Sequence record: SRR22947727_1573
DNA length: 64,000 nt
Reading direction: 5' to 3' (one strand)
Below are positions 52,273-62,857 of the stretch, in pieces (position 1 is the stretch's first letter; every line of letters begins with the position of its first letter). Under the pieces are notes generated by a model. The model saw nothing but the letters and a program-made list of their open reading frames with translations. It made no database searches and was not told where the DNA came from. The translations under genes and the position numbers were made by a program.

Positions 52273-52773
52273 ATGTCAGATCTGGAACAGGCCTTCGCCG
52301 CGCAAAGCGGGCAGATCGGCGTGCACTTGGGGCACAGCCCCTGGATATTGATTGATCAAGCGCGGATCGATGCCTTTGCCGAGATCACCGAAGATCAACA
52401 GTTCATCCATGTTGACCCCGCCCGCGCTCGGGCAGAAACGCCTTTTGAGGGCACTGTCGCGCATGGGTTTCTGACCCTCTCCATGGCCAGTCGCATGGCA
52501 CAAGACACTCTGCCCAACCTGCCCGGCCAGGTGATGAATCTCAACGCAGGATTTGATCGCTTGCGCTTTATCTCCCCGCTGCCCAGCGGCCGCAGAATTC
52601 GGGGCGCCTTTAAACTTAAAGACGTCACGAAAACCCAGGCCAATCACCTGCGCATCGTGACAGAGCTGACCGTTGAGATTGAACACAGCGACACGCCCGC
52701 CCTGGTCGCCGATTGGATCAATGTTGCCGTCTTCTCAGCACCGCAGCCACGCCATGAGGCCCGGCAGATATGA
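52273..52773 (+). CDS. MaoC-family (R)-hydratase/dehydratase
   Basis: FAEITEDQQFIHVDP and VAHGFLTLS motifs. Confidence 0.9.
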   Translation: MSDLEQAFAAQSGQIGVHLGHSPWILIDQARIDAFAEITEDQQFIHVDPARARAETPFEGTVAHGFLTLSMASRMAQDTLPNLPGQVMNLNAGFDRLRFISPLPSGRRIRGAFKLKDVTKTQANHLRIVTELTVEIEHSDTPALVADWINVAVFSAPQPRHEARQI

Positions 52774-53810
52774 GCCAAACCCTTCACAAATATGATCCTG
52801 AACGCCTCTGCACATATTTGCAGCACCATGTGGCCGAATTTTCTGGATTGGCGGAGATCGTGAAATTTTCCGACGGCCAATCCAACCCAACATATAAGCT
52901 GACAGACACGGCCGGCCGCCATTTTGTGCTGCGCGCCAAGCCACCGGGCACTTTGCTCAAATCCGCCCATGCGGTAGATCGCGAGTTTCGCGTCATGACC
53001 GCTTTGGCCACGACCGCTGTGCCCGTACCTCAAATGTTGCATCTGTCAGGCGAGGACAGTCCCCTGGGCGCGCAATTTTTGGTGATGGAACATCTGGAGG
53101 GGCGGGTGTTTTGGGATCCCGCCCTCCCCGAGCAATCCCCGAAGTTTCGTCAAGACGCCTATCACGCCCTCGTGCGGACCCTGGCCGCTCTGCATGATGT
53201 GGATCCACAGGCCGTTGGACTGACTGACTTTGGCAAGCCGGGCAATTATTTTTCGCGGCAAGTCGCGCGCTGGACCGGGCAATATCGTGCCTGTGAGACA
53301 CAAACACGTCCCGATATGGATTGGACCATCGCTTGGCTGGAACGCAACATGGTGCCAGATGATGGGCAAACCGCTATCGTGCATGGGGATTATCGTTTGG
53401 ACAACGTCATGTTCGACGCAGACACTCCCGATATGATCGCAGTTTTGGATTGGGAATTGTCCACGCTGGGGCATCCCTTTGCTGACCTTGCCTATCAATG
53501 CATGGGTCTGCGCCTGCCGCAAGATGGCATGATCAAGGGGCTTGAAGGCATTGACCGCAAGGCGCAGGGCCTGCCGGAAGAAGCTGAATATGTCGCGCAA
53601 TACTGCGCTCTAAGAGGCATAGCGCCACCTGAGAATTGGGCGTTTTATATGGTGTTTTCCTTCTTTCGACTGGCAGCCATTTTGGAAGGCGTTTTGCATC
53701 GTGCCCAATCGGGAAATGCCTCAAACCCCCGGGGCATGAATACGATGAGCCGCAGCATTGCCACTCTGGCCCAGGCCGCAAAACACTCCGCTCAGGGCCG
53801 CGTGTCATGA
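52770..53810 (+). CDS. APH-family phosphotransferase (ACAD10/11 N-terminal or LvaA-like)
   Basis: GQSNPTY, SAHAVDREF, VHGDYRLDN and VLDWELSTLG motifs. Confidence 0.9.
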   Translation: MSQTLHKYDPERLCTYLQHHVAEFSGLAEIVKFSDGQSNPTYKLTDTAGRHFVLRAKPPGTLLKSAHAVDREFRVMTALATTAVPVPQMLHLSGEDSPLGAQFLVMEHLEGRVFWDPALPEQSPKFRQDAYHALVRTLAALHDVDPQAVGLTDFGKPGNYFSRQVARWTGQYRACETQTRPDMDWTIAWLERNMVPDDGQTAIVHGDYRLDNVMFDADTPDMIAVLDWELSTLGHPFADLAYQCMGLRLPQDGMIKGLEGIDRKAQGLPEEAEYVAQYCALRGIAPPENWAFYMVFSFFRLAAILEGVLHRAQSGNASNPRGMNTMSRSIATLAQAAKHSAQGRVS

Positions 53811-54415
53811 TGCTCGACAGCACTTCGGTTAAGGGACGCATTTTAGATGCCGCCGCTCAGGCCTTTGCCACCCATGGGGTGGATCAGACCTCGATTGATG
53901 ACATCGCCCGCGACCTTGGCGCCACCAAGGGCAAAATTTACCATCATTTCGGGTCAAAAAGTGAATTGGTCTGCGCCATTCGCAAACATTCCGTACAGCT
54001 CACGTTAGAACGAGTCCGCCCGCAGTTCGATGCCCCCCTGTCACCGCCGGAAAAATTTCACGCAATGGCCAAAGCGCATGTCATCGCGATGATATCAGAG
54101 CTGGCCTATCACCGGGTCGTGGTTGAGGAGATGCGCGGCTCAAAGACCGGCGGCGCGACACCGGCAGAGCGGGCTTTGCGCCTTGAAATCGCTGCGCTGC
54201 AATCGGAATATGAGGGCTTTTTCCGCAGCACTTTGGCGACAGGTATCGCCAGCGGGCATTTTCGCGACCAAGACATTTCGATCGCGGTGCGGAGCTTTTT
54301 GATGATGCTACATGCGCCGATCTATTGGTACCAGCCGCGCGACGCAGAAAATATCGCCACCATTGCTCAACAATTGGCCAATATGGCCTTGGGCGCAGTG
54401 GCAATGCCACAATGA
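53807..54415 (+). CDS. TetR-family transcriptional regulator
   Basis: ILDAAAQAF..G...TSIDDIA..LG.TKGKIYHHF.SK HTH; ATGA overlap with the upstream gene. Confidence 0.92.
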   Translation: MMLDSTSVKGRILDAAAQAFATHGVDQTSIDDIARDLGATKGKIYHHFGSKSELVCAIRKHSVQLTLERVRPQFDAPLSPPEKFHAMAKAHVIAMISELAYHRVVVEEMRGSKTGGATPAERALRLEIAALQSEYEGFFRSTLATGIASGHFRDQDISIAVRSFLMMLHAPIYWYQPRDAENIATIAQQLANMALGAVAMPQ

Positions 54416-54489
54416 CATAATGAGATGTTGATCTCCCAAACACCTGCGTTTTACGCTGACAGGGCCCTGCAATCGCAAAGGACGCTTTA

Positions 54490-56580
54490 ATGACCCAACC
54501 TGTGACACTCTCAACGGCCGGTTCTATCGCCGTCATTGAGATCAATAACCCGCCAGTCAACGCGCTGAGCCAGGCCGTACGGCAAGGCTTGCTTGATGCG
54601 GTGGTGCAGGCGGATGCAGATGCGGCCGTCACAGCCATTGTGATCCTTGGGGCGGGGCGGAGCTTTCCGGCCGGGGCGGATATCAAGGAATTTGGCCAAC
54701 CGATGCAGGATCCGCATTTGCCGGATGTGATTGATCGTATTGAAAGCTGCAGCAAGCCCGTGGTGGCCGCCCTGCATGGCACGGCTTTGGGGGGTGGATT
54801 TGAGATTGCCCTCGGCAGCCATTACCGCATCGCTGTGCCTTCAGCGCGGGTGGGCTTGCCGGAAATTCATCTCGGGCTCATCCCCGGCGCCGGTGGCACG
54901 CAGCGTTTGCCGCGCTTATGTGGCGCAGCCATGGCGCTGGATATCATGTTCAAAGGCACACCCATCAGCGCGCAAGACGCTCTGGCCGCCGGATTGATCG
55001 ACCGTTTGGCAGAGGGAGATTTGCGCCAGGCTGCTTTGATTTATGCCGCAGAGCTCCAAACCCCGCGCCGCAGCCGAGAGGCCACCTCAGGCCTCGCAGA
55101 CAAAGCCGCCTTCGAAGCGGCGTTGACAGATGCCGAAGAGACGGCCAGAAGCCGCATGCGCGGGCAAATGGCCCCGCTCAAGATTGTCCAATGCCTGCGC
55201 GCCTGCATCACCCAACCTTTCGCCGATGGGCGCCTGTTCGAACGCGATTGCTTTTTCGAATGCCTCGCCTCGGAGCAATCTAAAGGTATGATTCATGCCT
55301 TTTTTGCCCAGCGCGCCAGTGCCAAAGTTCCCGAAGCCAGCCGCGCAGAACCGCGCCCCCTCAACCGCCTTGGGGTGGTGGGCGGCGGCACGATGGGCGC
55401 GGGCATCACCGTTGCGGCCCTGAACAGCGGCCTGCCCGTCACAATGATCGAGCGCGATCATGACAGCTTGGCGCGGGGCCGGGCCAATGTTGAGCAGGTC
55501 TATGATCGCCTGATTGCCAAGGGGCGCATGAGCGAGGCGCAAAAATCTGATATTATGGCCAGATATCAAGGATCAACGCAGTTTGCCGATCTGTCGGAGG
55601 TCGACATGGTGATCGAAGCCGTTTTTGAACGGCTTGATGTCAAACGAGCTGTGTTTGAACAGCTCGACAAAGTGCTAAAGCCCGACGCGGTTCTGGCCTC
55701 CAACACAAGCTATATCGACATAGATGAAATTTCCAGCGTCACCAACCGCCGTAAACATGTGCTCGGCCTGCATTTCTTCAGCCCGGCAAATATCATGAAG
55801 CTGCTGGAAATTGTCGTCCCGCAAAGCGCCGCCGATGATGTGGTCGCAACAGGCTTCGCTTTGGCCAAAATTTTGGGCAAAACCCCCGTGCGCGCTGGCA
55901 ATTCCCCTGGGTTTATTGGCAACCGCATTCTTGGCAAATATGGCGATTGTGCCGCCCATATGATGGAGGACGGCGCCACGCCCTATGAGATTGATGCCGC
56001 TATTGTGGAGTTTGGCTATCCAATGGGCCTTCATGCCATGTATGATCTGGCCGGTCTGGACATCGGATGGGACAACCGCAAAGCCGCACAGGGCAAGCGC
56101 AACCCGGCGGAACGCTATGTTGAGATCGCCGATCGCATCTGTGAGCGCGGCTGGTTTGGGCAAAAAACTGGGCGCGGCTTTTATCTGTACCCTGACGGCG
56201 CACGCATCGGCGCGCCAGATCCTAAGATTCTTGCTCTGATAGAGGCGGAACGCGCCAAAAAATCCATCACAACCCGCAGATTCACCGCCGAAGAGATCAT
56301 GGCGCGCTATCTGGCCGCAATGGTCAATGAAGCCTGTGAAGTTCTGCGTGAAGGGGTGGCCTTGAAACCCTCCGATATCGATGTGACCTTCGTGCACGGC
56401 TATGGCTTCCCGAGATATCGGGGCGGGCCGATGAACTATGCTGACAGCTATGGTCTGGCTCGTATGCTGGACGACATCCGCCGCTATGGGCAGCACGATC
56501 CGATATTTTGGCAAGCCTCGCCGTTACTGGTAGAGCTGGTGGCCTCGGGGCAAACTTTCAACGACCTGAACAAAGGATAG
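54490..56580 (+). CDS. Enoyl-CoA hydratase/3-hydroxyacyl-CoA dehydrogenase fusion (PimF-like)
   Basis: NPPVNAL, GGGFE, PGAGGTQRLPR; GGGTMG, LHFFSPA and GFIGNR motifs. Confidence 0.92.
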   Translation: MTQPVTLSTAGSIAVIEINNPPVNALSQAVRQGLLDAVVQADADAAVTAIVILGAGRSFPAGADIKEFGQPMQDPHLPDVIDRIESCSKPVVAALHGTALGGGFEIALGSHYRIAVPSARVGLPEIHLGLIPGAGGTQRLPRLCGAAMALDIMFKGTPISAQDALAAGLIDRLAEGDLRQAALIYAAELQTPRRSREATSGLADKAAFEAALTDAEETARSRMRGQMAPLKIVQCLRACITQPFADGRLFERDCFFECLASEQSKGMIHAFFAQRASAKVPEASRAEPRPLNRLGVVGGGTMGAGITVAALNSGLPVTMIERDHDSLARGRANVEQVYDRLIAKGRMSEAQKSDIMARYQGSTQFADLSEVDMVIEAVFERLDVKRAVFEQLDKVLKPDAVLASNTSYIDIDEISSVTNRRKHVLGLHFFSPANIMKLLEIVVPQSAADDVVATGFALAKILGKTPVRAGNSPGFIGNRILGKYGDCAAHMMEDGATPYEIDAAIVEFGYPMGLHAMYDLAGLDIGWDNRKAAQGKRNPAERYVEIADRICERGWFGQKTGRGFYLYPDGARIGAPDPKILALIEAERAKKSITTRRFTAEEIMARYLAAMVNEACEVLREGVALKPSDIDVTFVHGYGFPRYRGGPMNYADSYGLARMLDDIRRYGQHDPIFWQASPLLVELVASGQTFNDLNKG

Positions 56581-56584
56581 AGCT

Positions 56585-57781
56585 ATGGATCTGAACTTCA
56601 CCGAAGCTGACCAGGCATTTCGCCAAGAGGTCATCGAATTTTTGAACGCCGAATTGCCAGCTGATATTTCGCGGAGGGTTCATGCGGACCTGCCTGTGAG
56701 CAAAGAGGACACAGAATTTTGGCATGCGGTTTTACATAAACGCGGCTGGCTGACGTACAATTGGCCCAAGTCCTTTGGCGGTGTGGGTTGGAGCCCCGTG
56801 CAGCAATTTATCTTCGAAGAAGAATGCGCCGCCGCTGGTACCCCGCGTATCTTGCCGTTTGGTCTTAAGATGCTGGCGCCTGTATTGATGGCTTTTGGCT
56901 CAAAAGAGCAGCAAGAGCACTGGCTCCCGCGCATGTGCGATGGCACGGATTGGTGGTGCCAAGGTTATTCAGAGCCAGGATCTGGATCTGATTTGGCCAG
57001 TCTCAAAACGAGCGCTGTCAAACAGGGCGATCACTATGTGATCAATGGTCAGAAAACTTGGACCACATTGGGCCAATACGCCAATATGATCTTTTGCCTC
57101 GTGCGCACGGACAGCGATTGCAAACCCCAGGCTGGAATTTCTTTCGTACTTGTGGATTTGGCAACGCCAGGTATCGAGATGCGCCCCATCCGCACTCTGG
57201 ACGGGGGGCAGGAGGTGAATGAAGTATTTTTCACAGATGTCCGCGTTCCCGTTACAAATTTGGTGGGCGAGGAAAACAAAGGCTGGACCTATGCGAAATA
57301 TTTACTGGCCCATGAACGCAATGGCATCGCCAATGTGGGCATTTCAGGCCAGAAACTTGCACGGCTCAAAGGCCTGTCCCTGACCCAAAAACGCGGGGGG
57401 AAACCTCTGGCCGATGATCCATTGTTTGCAGCAAGGCTGGCCCGTTTGGAGATTGAGCTGCGCAATCTGGAGACCACAAATTTGCGGGTCCTCGATGGGT
57501 TCTCCAAAGGCGCTGGACCGGGGCCCGAAAGCTCTATGTTGAAAATCATCGGATCGGAGTTAGAACAGAACTTCGACGATCTCACCCGCCGCGCCCTGGG
57601 ACGGCAGGCACAGGCCCATACTCCCGAGGTGTTTGAACCGGGCTACAACGGACCACAGGTCGCGCCACAAGATATGGCCAATCAATCTGCCGCCTATTTC
57701 AACAAACGCAAGGTGTCGATCTACGGCGGCTCAAATGAGATACAAAAAAACATCATCACCAAAATGATATTGGGGCTTTAA
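56585..57781 (+). CDS. Acyl-CoA dehydrogenase large subunit (PimC-like)
   Basis: WCQGYSEPGSGSDLASL and SIYGGSNEIQ motifs. Confidence 0.9.
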   Translation: MDLNFTEADQAFRQEVIEFLNAELPADISRRVHADLPVSKEDTEFWHAVLHKRGWLTYNWPKSFGGVGWSPVQQFIFEEECAAAGTPRILPFGLKMLAPVLMAFGSKEQQEHWLPRMCDGTDWWCQGYSEPGSGSDLASLKTSAVKQGDHYVINGQKTWTTLGQYANMIFCLVRTDSDCKPQAGISFVLVDLATPGIEMRPIRTLDGGQEVNEVFFTDVRVPVTNLVGEENKGWTYAKYLLAHERNGIANVGISGQKLARLKGLSLTQKRGGKPLADDPLFAARLARLEIELRNLETTNLRVLDGFSKGAGPGPESSMLKIIGSELEQNFDDLTRRALGRQAQAHTPEVFEPGYNGPQVAPQDMANQSAAYFNKRKVSIYGGSNEIQKNIITKMILGL

Positions 57782-57784
57782 ATT

Positions 57785-58879
57785 ATGGATTTTCAACCCA
57801 CGGAAGAGCGCCGCATGCTGGCCGATATGATCGGCAAATTCATTCAAAATGACTATCCGCTGAACGCGCGACTGGCAGCGGGCACCAGCGCTTTGGGCTA
57901 TTGCCCCGAGGCCTATAGCACAATGGCACAGCTGGGTTTGATCGGCGCATTATTTGACGAGGAGGTTGGCGGCTTTGGCGGTTCAGGATTTGACATCGCC
58001 ACTGTCTTCACGGAGCTGGGCAAAGGTTTGGTGCTTGAACCGCTCAATGACACCGCTCTGACCAGTGGCTACATTCTGGCGCAGACTGGCCAGTTGAAGC
58101 TGGTGGAACAGATCATCCTTGGCCAAAAACGGGTGGCGCTTGGTCTTATCGAAAATGGTGCCGATTATGATTGGGGCGCGCCAGAGACACTGGCGCGCCA
58201 ATCGGGCGATAAATGGCACGTGAGCGGCGTGAAAACCTGTGTGAAATTCGCCCATGGGGCTGAAGCGATAATTGTCAGCGCGCAGACGCCATCGGCGCCG
58301 GGGATCAGCTTATTTTTGATTGAGGCCTCCGCTGCGGGGCTTGTGGAACATCCGTTCCAAACCGTCGATGGGGGCAATGCCTGCGAGATCACGCTGCATA
58401 AGACACCAGCTCAACTGTTGGGTGTCGAAGGTGCGGCCTATCCGTTGATCGATGCTGCAGCCGCACGCGCCACTTTGGCCCTCTGCGCCGAGGCCTTGGG
58501 GTTGATGGAGCGGATCAAAGATATGACCATCGACTATATGCGCACGCGCAAACAATTCGGCAGCGTGCTGGGCAAATTTCAAGCGCTGCAACATCGCGTG
58601 GCGCAGATGCTGCTCGAAATTGAGCAGGCAAAATCGGCGGTTATCAATGCCGCGAATGATTTGCAGGCTCCCAGTGATGAACGCAACCGCGCCATCTCTG
58701 CGGCGAAATATTCCATCGGCCGCATTGGCTGCGCCGTTGCCGAAGAGGCGATCCAACTGCACGGCGGCATTGGAATGACCTGGGAGTATGATTTGGGGCA
58801 TTTTGCCAAACGGCTTGTGATGATTGATCATGAATGGGGCGATCAAGACGATCACCTGATGCGCTTCGCCCAAAGCTGA
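57785..58879 (+). CDS. Acyl-CoA dehydrogenase small subunit (PimD-like)
   Basis: RKQFG..L.KFQALQHR and IQLHGGIGMTWEY motifs; lacks the catalytic C-terminal Glu motif; paired with the preceding ACAD. Confidence 0.88.
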   Translation: MDFQPTEERRMLADMIGKFIQNDYPLNARLAAGTSALGYCPEAYSTMAQLGLIGALFDEEVGGFGGSGFDIATVFTELGKGLVLEPLNDTALTSGYILAQTGQLKLVEQIILGQKRVALGLIENGADYDWGAPETLARQSGDKWHVSGVKTCVKFAHGAEAIIVSAQTPSAPGISLFLIEASAAGLVEHPFQTVDGGNACEITLHKTPAQLLGVEGAAYPLIDAAAARATLALCAEALGLMERIKDMTIDYMRTRKQFGSVLGKFQALQHRVAQMLLEIEQAKSAVINAANDLQAPSDERNRAISAAKYSIGRIGCAVAEEAIQLHGGIGMTWEYDLGHFAKRLVMIDHEWGDQDDHLMRFAQS

Positions 58880-58949
58880 CCACCTACAAGCGGGCACCGT
58901 CGAATATCCTCAGCCGTCTCGAGGCTTACCAGTATATTTCGACCTATCC

Positions 58950-58981
58950 AAAAGTATATTATTATATTTAAATATACTTTT
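58950..58981. repeat. AT-rich 11-bp perfect inverted repeat
   Basis: AAAAGTATATT-N10-AATATACTTTT, plus an extra AGTATATT at 58931. Confidence 0.7.
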
Positions 58982-59097
58982 TTTCTCCTAATATAATCTA
59001 TTCGATAGTGCCATCTCAGAGGAAGTTTAGATACTACCAAGGTGAGATAGCCACCGTGCAGAAGTGTCATAAAGAGCCTGAAAGGGGACATGATCAA

Positions 59098-59865
59098 ATG
59101 CCTGCAATCACCGACAGCCCCCTCGCCCGTTCCACTGAGGTCATACGCCTCATTGGCATCCATGGGCCAATTAAGCTGCGGGATCTTGAGGCGCATGTAT
59201 CGTTCTCTCGCTCTGCCTTGCATCGGATTTGCGCCCAACTTGAAGCATTGAACTGGGCGCGGCGCCGGGTCTCGGACAAAGCCTATGTTCTCACATATGC
59301 CACTGATGATTTTTTTGCCTCAGCGCAATTTTCAACTCCTGAAGTGGACCAAGTCCAGCCGGTTTTGGCCATGGCAAAGGTGGAGGGGTGCTACGACCTC
59401 ACACTCTCAATGTTCAAAAACAAAATGCAACTCGCAGATGTCGACAGCACCAAGCCGCCGACCGACTGGGCCGCGGAACATTCGCTGTTTTTCTCAAATG
59501 CGGCGCTTTCTGCGCAGTCGGTAATGTCTGAGCAAACGCAAAAAACGCTCATCGCCAAGGCCATGATCCAGGCGACCCCAGAGGAGCAGACCTATCTGCG
59601 CATGGGAAAATACCACGAAGAGATCCACAAAGGCCGGATGCGTGGTTATGTGCTCGACAAGACCCTGCCGTCGATCTCGTTTAGCTGGCACGCAGAAACC
59701 AGCGCGATTTGCACTCTGACCATAGAACCGGCCCTAGCAACCCTCAGTGCGCGGCAAGAGTTCCTCAAAAACCACCGACGCATCATGGAAAGATTTTCGA
59801 CCACATGCGGCGACCACTTTCAATCAGATGAGGCGGCCATGAGTGAGTTACGGGCCTACGGCTGA
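59098..59865 (+). CDS. Divergent IclR-like HTH regulator
   Basis: N-terminal LARSTEVI..GPIKLRDL..SRSALHRICAQL winged HTH; AAAGGGGA RBS; poorly recognisable effector domain. Confidence 0.65.
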   Translation: MPAITDSPLARSTEVIRLIGIHGPIKLRDLEAHVSFSRSALHRICAQLEALNWARRRVSDKAYVLTYATDDFFASAQFSTPEVDQVQPVLAMAKVEGCYDLTLSMFKNKMQLADVDSTKPPTDWAAEHSLFFSNAALSAQSVMSEQTQKTLIAKAMIQATPEEQTYLRMGKYHEEIHKGRMRGYVLDKTLPSISFSWHAETSAICTLTIEPALATLSARQEFLKNHRRIMERFSTTCGDHFQSDEAAMSELRAYG

Positions 59866-59952
59866 AATAAAACGCAAGGGCCCAACCATCTGTTTCTTGT
59901 CATGTTGCGCAGGACGGCCTACCTACGGGATAAGTCCCCAAGGAGGCACAGC

Positions 59953-61113
59953 ATGCACCAGCCCGGTGAAACCTATGACGATATCCGCGAGGCCGTTGGC
60001 AAACTCTGCGCGCAATTTCCCGGAAGCTACTGGCGTGCATTGGATCGGGAGATGGCCTATCCGGCCGCTTTTGTGCAGGCTCTGACGGAGGCAGGATGGC
60101 TGGGGGCTTTAATTCCTGAGGATTTTGGCGGATCCGGCCTGCCGCTCTCTGCCGCGGCGATAATTTTGGAAGAGATTCACAGATCTGGGGGCAATGCGGG
60201 CGCTTGTCATGCACAGATTTATACCATGGGAACCCTGTTGCGGCATGGCTCAGAGGCGCAAAAGCGCCAGTATCTGCCTAAAATTGCAGATGGAACCCTG
60301 CGATTGCAAGCCTTTGGCGTGACAGAGCCCAGCTCAGGCACTGATACAGGCGCGTTGCGCACCACCGCCAAGCGCGATGGGTCAGATTATATCATCAATG
60401 GGCAAAAAATTTGGACCAGCCGGGCCGAGCATTCCGACCTCATGCTGCTTTTGGCGCGCACAAGGCCACTGGAGGAGGGGATGAAGAAGACCGAAGGCCT
60501 GTCGGTTTTGCTGGTCGATATGCGCCAAGCACTGGGCAACGGTCTCACCCTACGGCCCATCCGCACCATGATGAACCATGCCACCACAGAAGTCTTTTTT
60601 GACAATCTCCGCGTGCCAGTGGAAAACTTGATCGGCGAAGAAGGCAAGGGATTTCGCTATATTCTCTCAGGCATGAATGCCGAACGCATTTTGATTGCCT
60701 CTGAATGCATTGGTGATGCGAAATGGTTTATCGAACACTCCGTAGCATATGCGAAAGACCGCCAAGTCTTTGATCGCCCGATCGGGCAAAACCAAGGCAT
60801 ACAATTCCCCATTGCCAAGGCCTATGCCAATATGCGCGCCGCTGAATTGATGGTGAAACAGGCGCTGGCCCTGTATGAAACCGGTGGCAATCCCGGCGCT
60901 GAGGCCAATATGGCCAAAATGCTGGCGGCGGATGCCTCAAATGAAGCGGCCAATGTCGCGGTGCAAACCCATGGTGGGTTTGGCTTTGCCGAAGAATATG
61001 ACATTGAGCGCAAATTTAGAGAAACGAGACTCTATCAAGTGGCACCGATCTCAACAAATCTGATCCTGTCCTATCTTGCGGAACATGTTTTAGATCTGCC
61101 GCGGTCTTATTGA
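59953..61113 (+). CDS. Acyl-CoA dehydrogenase
   Basis: FGVTEPSSGTDT, GMNAER and RETRLYQVAPISTN motifs; AGGAGG RBS. Confidence 0.92.
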   Translation: MHQPGETYDDIREAVGKLCAQFPGSYWRALDREMAYPAAFVQALTEAGWLGALIPEDFGGSGLPLSAAAIILEEIHRSGGNAGACHAQIYTMGTLLRHGSEAQKRQYLPKIADGTLRLQAFGVTEPSSGTDTGALRTTAKRDGSDYIINGQKIWTSRAEHSDLMLLLARTRPLEEGMKKTEGLSVLLVDMRQALGNGLTLRPIRTMMNHATTEVFFDNLRVPVENLIGEEGKGFRYILSGMNAERILIASECIGDAKWFIEHSVAYAKDRQVFDRPIGQNQGIQFPIAKAYANMRAAELMVKQALALYETGGNPGAEANMAKMLAADASNEAANVAVQTHGGFGFAEEYDIERKFRETRLYQVAPISTNLILSYLAEHVLDLPRSY

Positions 61114-61171
61114 AGCCAAACCCCTGCCCCTGCTGACCTTGGAAGGTTGAGGCAGGGACAAGGGCCAAGCC

Positions 61172-62146
61172 CTAGACCGTTAGGATGGTCGAGCCAGTTG
61201 TGCGGCGCGCTTCCAATGCGTCATGCGCCGCTGTGACATCGTCCAAAGCAAACTCTTGCCCGATCACGATTTTCACATCGCCAGATATGACCTTGGAAAA
61301 GAGATGCCGCGCCATCTCCTGGCAATCTTCATGCTTGCCAATATGAGTAAAGAGCGTCGGACGGGTGATCTTCAACGAACCTTTCGCCCCCAATTGTGCC
61401 AAGTTAAACGGTGGAACTGGCCCCGAAGCATTGCCGAAAGTGATCATCATGCCCAGCCGCTTGAGGCTATTGAGGGATCCTTCAAAAGTACTCTCTCCCA
61501 CAGAATCCATCACCACATCGACCCCTGCACCCCCGGTCAATTCCTTGACCTTCTCTTCGAAGTTTTCCGTCGTGTAGTTGATGCAATGCGTTGCCCCATG
61601 GTCCAAGGCCAATTGGCATTTTTCATCGCTGCCAGCAGTGCCAATGAGGGTAATACCCTCTGACTTCGCCCATTGGCAGGCAATCAAACCGACGCCGCCG
61701 GCTGCCGCATGAAACAAAACCGTATCACCTTTACTCAGCGGCGTGGTGCGATGAAAGAGATATTGCACGGTCATGCCCTGAAGCATCATGGCGGCGCCTT
61801 GCTCAAAGCTAATCTCATCGGGCAAAGGACAAACCTGCGCCGCCGGCATCACCCGGCGCTCACAATAAGAGCCTGGCGGCATCGAAGCATAGGCCACACG
61901 GTCCCCAACCTTCACATGGGTGACTCCTGCCCCTACGGCTTCAATCACACCGGCTGCCTCCATACCAAGGGCTTGAGGAAGGGACAGAGGGTACAGACCC
62001 GTGCGTTGATACACATCGATATAGTTAAGCCCGCAGGCTTTATGAGCAATGCGAACCTGCCCATCGCCGGGCTCTCCGGCTGGCATGTCCACAATCTTCA
62101 GTTGATCGGAACCCCCAAATTCTTTGATCACAACGGTCTTATTCAT
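61172..62146 (-). CDS. qor: NADPH:quinone oxidoreductase (zeta-crystallin type)
   Basis: GLNYIDVYQRTGLYP, HAAAGGVG and FGNASG motifs. Confidence 0.92.
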   Translation of the reverse strand: MNKTVVIKEFGGSDQLKIVDMPAGEPGDGQVRIAHKACGLNYIDVYQRTGLYPLSLPQALGMEAAGVIEAVGAGVTHVKVGDRVAYASMPPGSYCERRVMPAAQVCPLPDEISFEQGAAMMLQGMTVQYLFHRTTPLSKGDTVLFHAAAGGVGLIACQWAKSEGITLIGTAGSDEKCQLALDHGATHCINYTTENFEEKVKELTGGAGVDVVMDSVGESTFEGSLNSLKRLGMMITFGNASGPVPPFNLAQLGAKGSLKITRPTLFTHIGKHEDCQEMARHLFSKVISGDVKIVIGQEFALDDVTAAHDALEARRTTGSTILTV

Positions 62147-62266
62147 CACACTCTCCCTATTTGAAAGATAAGTGTAACGCATTGCCTTGCCGGTACAATC
62201 GCAAATTCTACTCCCATGTGATCTATGTCGCTGGTCACCTTCGGCCTTTGGCCTTAGGATCAGCAT

Positions 62267-62857
62267 ATGATTACATTTGCCCTTGCCATAGTCCTGATGC
62301 TTGCCACCCCCGGTCCGGGGGTTCTTTCTGCCGCAGGCGTTGGTGCTGGGTTTGGAGCCACGGCAGGGCTGCGCTACGTGGCCGGGCTTTGCATTGGGCA
62401 GGCCTTGGTTTATGCGGCCGTCGCGGCTGGCCTCTCGGCCTTTGTGCTCGACACGCCCTGGTTGCGGCTCACATTAATGGCGCTGTCGTTTCTATATCTG
62501 CTGTATTTGGCAAGCCGGATCGCTTTTGCCGGCGCGCAAGTGGCCTTTATTAGATCCGAAACCCCGCCAGGGCTCATGGCCGGCTTGCTCTTGCAACCCA
62601 TCAACCCAAAGGCCTATGCGGTGCTCACCGCTTTGATCACCGGATTTCCACTCTATGAGAACGCCTATTGGAGCGAAGTCGCAATAAAATTTGTCATTTT
62701 AAATCTCATTTGGGTCCCGATCCATGTGGTTTGGGTCCTTTTTGGTGTCTCCCTCAAGCGGCTTAACCTTTCGTCCACCGCGCAACGGGCGATCAATATA
62801 TCAATGGCCTTGTCGATGTTACTCGTGGTTGGCCTCGCCGCTTGGACGCTGGTCTAA
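62267..62857 (+). CDS. LysE/RhtB family exporter
   Basis: TPGP and INPKA motifs; 6 TM segments. Confidence 0.88.
   Translation: MITFALAIVLMLATPGPGVLSAAGVGAGFGATAGLRYVAGLCIGQALVYAAVAAGLSAFVLDTPWLRLTLMALSFLYLLYLASRIAFAGAQVAFIRSETPPGLMAGLLLQPINPKAYAVLTALITGFPLYENAYWSEVAIKFVILNLIWVPIHVVWVLFGVSLKRLNLSSTAQRAINISMALSMLLVVGLAAWTLV

Noticed and set aside
62819-62857. 39-nt convergent overlap of lysE and recO
   Set aside because: Short tail-to-tail overlaps are common and the recO tail is low-information
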